A DNA stretch of 11,936 bases from Planctomycetota bacterium (lineage in GTDB: Bacteria; Planctomycetota; Planctomycetia; Pirellulales; Pirellulaceae). Shown here in pieces: positions 8,760 to 11,936 of this stretch. Both the position numbers and the translations under genes were made by a program. Position 1 is the first letter of the stretch. Each line of letters begins with the position of its first letter. The DNA lies in the NCBI GenBank assembly GCA_023417165.1, contig JAEZGD010000584.1:1-11936 (forward strand). The letters are read 5' to 3'. A model generated the notes under the pieces. The model searched no databases and was not told where the DNA came from. It was given only the letters and a program-made list of their open reading frames with translations.

Positions 8760-8831
8760 GGCGCTGGAGCCAGACGGTGCGGCGGTTGCCTGCAAAGCAG
8801 CTTCAAGTGGGTTCGACTCCCATCGGCGTCT
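8760..8831 (+). tRNA. Candidate tRNA-Cys(GCA), 72 nt. Good cloverleaf with a U73 discriminator, but non-canonical G8 and G14. Possibly a divergent gene or a pseudogene.
   Basis: Hand fold. Acceptor: ggcgctg/cggcgtc, 7 bp with 2 G-U pairs. D arm: gcca-gacggtg-cggc. Anticodon arm: gttgc-cuGCAaa-gcagc. Variable loop: ttcaa. T arm: gtggg-ttcgact-cccat. Discriminator t at 8831; U73 is the CysRS identity element. Confidence 0.45.
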
Positions 8832-8934
8832 CTGTCCTCGATGGAGGACACTTCGTGCGCGGGCTGACCAGCGGCTTCGTGCGCCCATGGCGCTCGACGT
8901 TCCGAACATGGAATCTAAGCAGTTCGACACGGAA

Positions 8935-9006
8935 GAGCTTTTAGCTCAGTGGTAGAGCACCAGGTTTGTAATCTGGAGGTCACGGGTTCGACTCCCGTAT
9001 GGTTCA
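8935..9006 (+). tRNA. tRNA-Thr(UGU), 72 nt. Canonical D, anticodon and T arms. The acceptor stem has one U-U mismatch and two G-U pairs. CCA is not encoded directly after the discriminator.
   Basis: Acceptor: gagcttt. Then ta, gctc-agtggta-gagc, a. Anticodon arm: ccagg-ttTGTaa-tctgg. Variable loop: aggtc. T arm: acggg-ttcgact-cccgt. 3' acceptor: atggttc. Discriminator a (9006), then gcACCA. Confidence 0.6.
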
Positions 9007-9339
9007 GCACCATAGACCGGTTGGACGCAAACAGCGTTTAACCCCCAAGTGCCCAAAGGCGTTGGGCAAGCGAGTCCATCCGCCGCCGGGGCCTGGCGCG
9101 ATCCACGATCGCGTCATGCACGTGCGGCAGCAGTAGCCAGCGCTTTGTAGTGCGTAGATACCGCCGCGCGACGAGCGCCGGCAACGCTCCGCAGCGCAGC
9201 GACGAACCACCGACCAGCGAGTCTGGCCGGCGTGCGCGTCGCCAGCCAGCGGCGCTACGCCGGCCACGTCTTGCGGCTGAAGCGCACTCCGCGATTGGCC
9301 GCTGTGATGGCGAGTTTCGCCCGGCGCCGGCGGGTGTAT

Positions 9340-9487
9340 TTTACTAGCCCGACGCGCGAGCGAGGGAAGAGACAGGCTTGAACCCGATTGTCGCCATGGA
9401 TTCCGCTTTGCACCTTCCGCAGCGGAACCCATGGCTATGCGTGATTCAAACAGTGCTCTTCCCTCGCTCGCGCGTCGGGCTAGTAAA
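9340..9487. repeat. Perfect 32-bp inverted repeat (9340..9371 and 9456..9487) around an 84-bp spacer. The spacer contains a nested 13-bp near-perfect inverted repeat (9394..9406 and 9422..9434). Candidate MITE-like or regulatory cruciform in the 5' region of the SPFH gene.
   Basis: tttactagcccgacgcgcgagcgagggaagag is the exact reverse complement of ctcttccctcgctcgcgcgtcgggctagtaaa. The inner pair ccatggattccgc / gcggaacccatgg has 1 mismatch. It ends 35 nt before the SPFH ATG. Confidence 0.7.
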
Positions 9488-9522
9488 GAGAGAGCACGAG
9501 AAGGAATCGGAGAATTAGTAGC

Positions 9523-10623
9523 ATGTTTCAGCGCATCAAGATCCGCAGCGACGAACTGGGTTTCGTCTTTCACGATGGCGAATTCACGGGCGTGTTGCGC
9601 CAGGGCACGCACTGGAAGTTCGATCCGCTGCGCAAGCAGAAGATCGAAGTCGTACAGTTGCGCGACCCGTGGTTGTCGCACGCCAAGCTCGACGTCATCT
9701 ACAAGAGCGGTGTGCTGAAGGATCGCGCGATCGTGCTCGACCTCAAGGATTACGAGCGTGCGCTGGTCTGGATCGACGGTCGCTTTGCGCGCGTACTGGC
9801 GCGCGGCTTGTACGCGCTGTGGACCACGCACCGCGACGTGCGAGTCGAAATCATCGATGCGCGCGAAGTGCGTTTTGTACACAGCGACCTGAAGATGATC
9901 GCGCAACTGCAAAGCATTGCGATGGTGCTCGACATCTGCCAGGTCCAACGCGACCATGCAGGCGTGCTGTTTATCGACGGCAAGTACGTCGAAACGCTGC
10001 CGCCGGGCCAGTACGCATTCTGGAAGGGTGTCGGCGACGCGCGTGTGGTTGAAGTCGACCTGCGCGACTGCGTCGTGGATGTTAGCGGCCAAGAGATCAT
10101 CACCTCCGACAAAGTCACGCTGCGCATGAACGCGCTGGTGCTGTATCGCATTGTCGACGCACGCCGCGCGGTCAGCAAAAGCGACGACGCCCGCCAAGCG
10201 TTGTACCGCGAAGTGCAACTAGCGCTGCGAGCGGTGATCGGAGCGCGCGAACTGGATGCGTTTTTGACGGATAAGGACGCCGTCGCCAGCGACATCCACG
10301 AAGCGCTGAAGCGCCGCGCCAGCGAACTGGGTCTAGAGATCGTCTCGGTGGGCATCCGCGACGTGATCCTGCCTGGCGATATGAAGGACCTGATGAACAA
10401 GGTCACGGAAGCCAAGAAGGCGGCCGAGGCTAACCTGATCGCGCGCCGCGAAGAAACCGCCGCGATGCGCAGTCAGGCCAACACGGCGAAGCTGCTGGCC
10501 GACAACCCGACGTTGATGCGTCTGCGGGAGCTCGAGATCCTGGAGAAGATCGCGATCGGCGGCAAGCTTAACGTCGTGCTGGGCGAGAAGGGTCTGTCGG
10601 ACCGCGTCATCAACTTGCTGTAA
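9523..10623 (+). CDS. SPFH / band-7 (stomatin/HflKC-like) domain protein, 366 aa, with an N-terminal triplicated roughly 67-aa repeat region and no obvious TM anchor.
   Basis: The C-terminal half QEIITSDKVTLRMNALVLYRIVDARRAV...LGLEIVSVGIRDVILPGDMKDLMNKVTEAKKAAEANLIARREETAA... is a typical SPFH core plus coiled-coil. The N-terminal repeats are ELGFVFHDGEFTGVLRQGTHW..IEVVQLRD, ERALVWIDGRFARVLARGLYALW..VEIIDARE and HAGVLFIDGKYVETLPPGQYAFW..VVEVDLRD. Confidence 0.8.
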   Translation: MFQRIKIRSDELGFVFHDGEFTGVLRQGTHWKFDPLRKQKIEVVQLRDPWLSHAKLDVIYKSGVLKDRAIVLDLKDYERALVWIDGRFARVLARGLYALWTTHRDVRVEIIDAREVRFVHSDLKMIAQLQSIAMVLDICQVQRDHAGVLFIDGKYVETLPPGQYAFWKGVGDARVVEVDLRDCVVDVSGQEIITSDKVTLRMNALVLYRIVDARRAVSKSDDARQALYREVQLALRAVIGARELDAFLTDKDAVASDIHEALKRRASELGLEIVSVGIRDVILPGDMKDLMNKVTEAKKAAEANLIARREETAAMRSQANTAKLLADNPTLMRLRELEILEKIAIGGKLNVVLGEKGLSDRVINLL

Positions 10624-10630
10624 CCTTTTC

Positions 10631-10663
10631 GGCCCCGCAGCCGTCGCGCTGCGGGGCCTTTTG
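10631..10663 (+). terminator. Rho-independent terminator between the convergent SPFH and MgtC-like genes.
   Basis: GGCCCCGCAGC-cgtcgc-GCTGCGGGGCC, a perfect 11-bp stem followed by TTTTG. It is preceded by CCTTTTC, so it is partially bidirectional. Confidence 0.7.
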
Positions 10664-10685
10664 CATGCGCGGCATGGGCTGCTTC

Positions 10686-11936
10686 TTAGCCGGCCTTCAT
10701 CCAGACGATCGCCACCACACCGGCGATCACCACGGCTGCGGTCACGCTCGCCACGCGCCATGCCATGGGACGTGAGCCAAAAAAGAATACTAAACCACAT
10801 TTAACGAGCGTATTGCTGAGGACGGCGATGGTGATCGCGATGACCGCAATGTGTGAATCTTTGACTTCGGAAGCATACTGCGCCATCGCCAGCGTAATCG
10901 CATCCACATCGGTCAGCCCGGCGATCGCGGCCACCACGTAAAAGCCCTGCTCCGAAATATACGTCTTCACCAACTGGACAATCAGTTCGATCAAGGTGAA
11001 GAAGGCAGCAAATTTCATCGCCGAAATGAGGCTAAAAGGATTCTTCAGCGGCACCTCTTCCTCGTCGCCGCTTTCGGTCTGGCGACTGCGATACCAATAC
11101 CAAAGCGCCGCCGCCGCTACGAGCAAACCCATCGCGCTCATCGGCCAAATCAGTGGCCATACCAACGGACGATAGACAATCGATACCGCCGCAATGACGC
11201 GCACGAACATAATGGCCCATGCCAGCAATACGCCGGCGGCCAGGGACTTGTACAGCGTCTCGCCTTGGTGCTGTTGGCGGCTCTCGTCGACGCTGCGTTT
11301 GGCAAAGGTCAAAGTGACCGCGGTCGAGGAGACCATGCCACCGAACAATCCTGTGAGCGCATTACCATGCTGCGTGCCCAGCCAGCGCGTCGCGACATAG
11401 CCGACCAGCGACAAGCCGGAGATTAAGATCACCAACCACCAGATGCGATTGGGATTGATCGCGCCCCAAGGATCGATAGTTTGATCGGGCAGCAGCGGCA
11501 GCACAATAAACGAAGCAATCAGCAGTTTGACGCCAGCGTGAATGTCGTCCTGTCGCAACCTTGCGACCATGTTGTGCAGGGCCGGCTTGTAGGTGAGCGC
11601 GACCGACATGATCACCGCCATCCCGAGCGCCAACTCGCGATAACCGAAGACTGCGCAGCCGCCTAATAAAAAGACAAAGATGGCGGCAATCTCGGTGGTG
11701 ATGCCGTACGACTTGTTCTGGCGCGTATAAGCGAAGTAGCCAAAAATAATTTGGCCGCCGATCACCAGAGTCATCGCCGCGAAGATCCACGGCGAAGCCT
11801 GCATCGCCAGCCAGGCGGAGACCGCCCCGGCGAGCGCCAATAAGATAAAGGTGCGCAGCCCCGCGATGTCCCGGGCGTCGTCGACTTCCTTCTTGCGCTC
11901 GCGGTCGATACCAATCAGCACGCCAATGAGCAGTGC
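10686..11936 (-). CDS. MgtC/SapB-family N-terminal domain plus DUF4010-type polytopic membrane protein. 5'-partial: the true start lies just beyond the window edge.
   Basis: The reading frame stays open to the window end (…ALLIG-VLIGIDRERKKEVDDARDIAGLRTFILLALAGAV matches the MgtC N-terminal GxERE...AGLRT motif). The GTG at 11921 is an ORF-caller artefact. About 10 TM helices over more than 411 aa. TAA stop at 10686..10688. Confidence 0.7.
   Translation of the reverse strand, partial: ALLIGVLIGIDRERKKEVDDARDIAGLRTFILLALAGAVSAWLAMQASPWIFAAMTLVIGGQIIFGYFAYTRQNKSYGITTEIAAIFVFLLGGCAVFGYRELALGMAVIMSVALTYKPALHNMVARLRQDDIHAGVKLLIASFIVLPLLPDQTIDPWGAINPNRIWWLVILISGLSLVGYVATRWLGTQHGNALTGLFGGMVSSTAVTLTFAKRSVDESRQQHQGETLYKSLAAGVLLAWAIMFVRVIAAVSIVYRPLVWPLIWPMSAMGLLVAAAALWYWYRSRQTESGDEEEVPLKNPFSLISAMKFAAFFTLIELIVQLVKTYISEQGFYVVAAIAGLTDVDAITLAMAQYASEVKDSHIAVIAITIAVLSNTLVKCGLVFFFGSRPMAWRVASVTAAVVIAGVVAIVWMKAG

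Noticed and set aside
8631-8955. Small ORFs (99 aa, 74 aa, 71 aa) between rtcB and the SPFH gene.
   Set aside because: The region is occupied by two tRNA-like genes. The ORFs have no RBS and overlap the tRNA structures.
8809-8996. Shared 13-nt GGGTTCGACTCCC core in the two tRNA-like genes. Considered as att-type direct repeats of an integrated element.
   Set aside because: The identity is confined to the universally conserved T-loop region. The flanking sequences differ. No integrase or other mobile-element genes are nearby.
9004-10415. 404-aa and 221-aa minus-strand ORFs antisense to the SPFH gene. The 404-aa ORF also overlaps the tRNA-Thr 3' end.
   Set aside because: These are shadow ORFs of a GC-rich coding region. 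The plus-strand frame has clear SPFH homology and a flanking terminator.

Overview
High-GC (~60-65%) bacterial chromosomal window with about 11 protein-coding genes and two adjacent tRNA-like genes. No CRISPR array, transposase or integrase is visible.

The main result is a minus-strand cluster at 1117..3370 that looks like a RiPP (ribosomally synthesised, post-translationally modified peptide) system. It is not fully resolved in the six-frame ORF track. It consists of:
- a 42-aa Cys-rich peptide, MKTKPKTKAVRELVNLKTTQRQGVQERRGGRCCRCCRCCRCW, with a strong GGAGGAG ribosome-binding site. It is too short to appear in the ORF track.
- a DUF692 / MbnB-like multinuclear non-heme iron oxidase (MNIO), 79 nt downstream of the peptide.
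- a partner protein of about 250 aa in the position where MbnC/DUF2063-type partners sit.
- a signal-peptide-bearing, extremely His-rich small protein with a Tyr/Gly-rich tail, followed by an intrinsic terminator.

This architecture matches known MNIO/RiPP metallophore-type clusters (methanobactin, bufferins, TglA-type), but the (RCC)3-RCW core does not correspond to any precursor family I recognise.

Other content on the minus strand is a tightly overlapping trio: an ABM-domain protein, a secreted hypothetical protein, and an atypically organised RecQ-family helicase. On the plus strand are an RbfA-like gene translationally coupled to RtcB RNA ligase, candidate tRNA-Cys(GCA) and tRNA-Thr(UGU) genes, and a repeat-containing SPFH/band-7 protein preceded by a perfect 32-bp inverted repeat. 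The window ends in a partial MgtC/DUF4010-type membrane protein on the minus strand.

The first gene (23..478) is noticeably lower in GC than the rest of the window.
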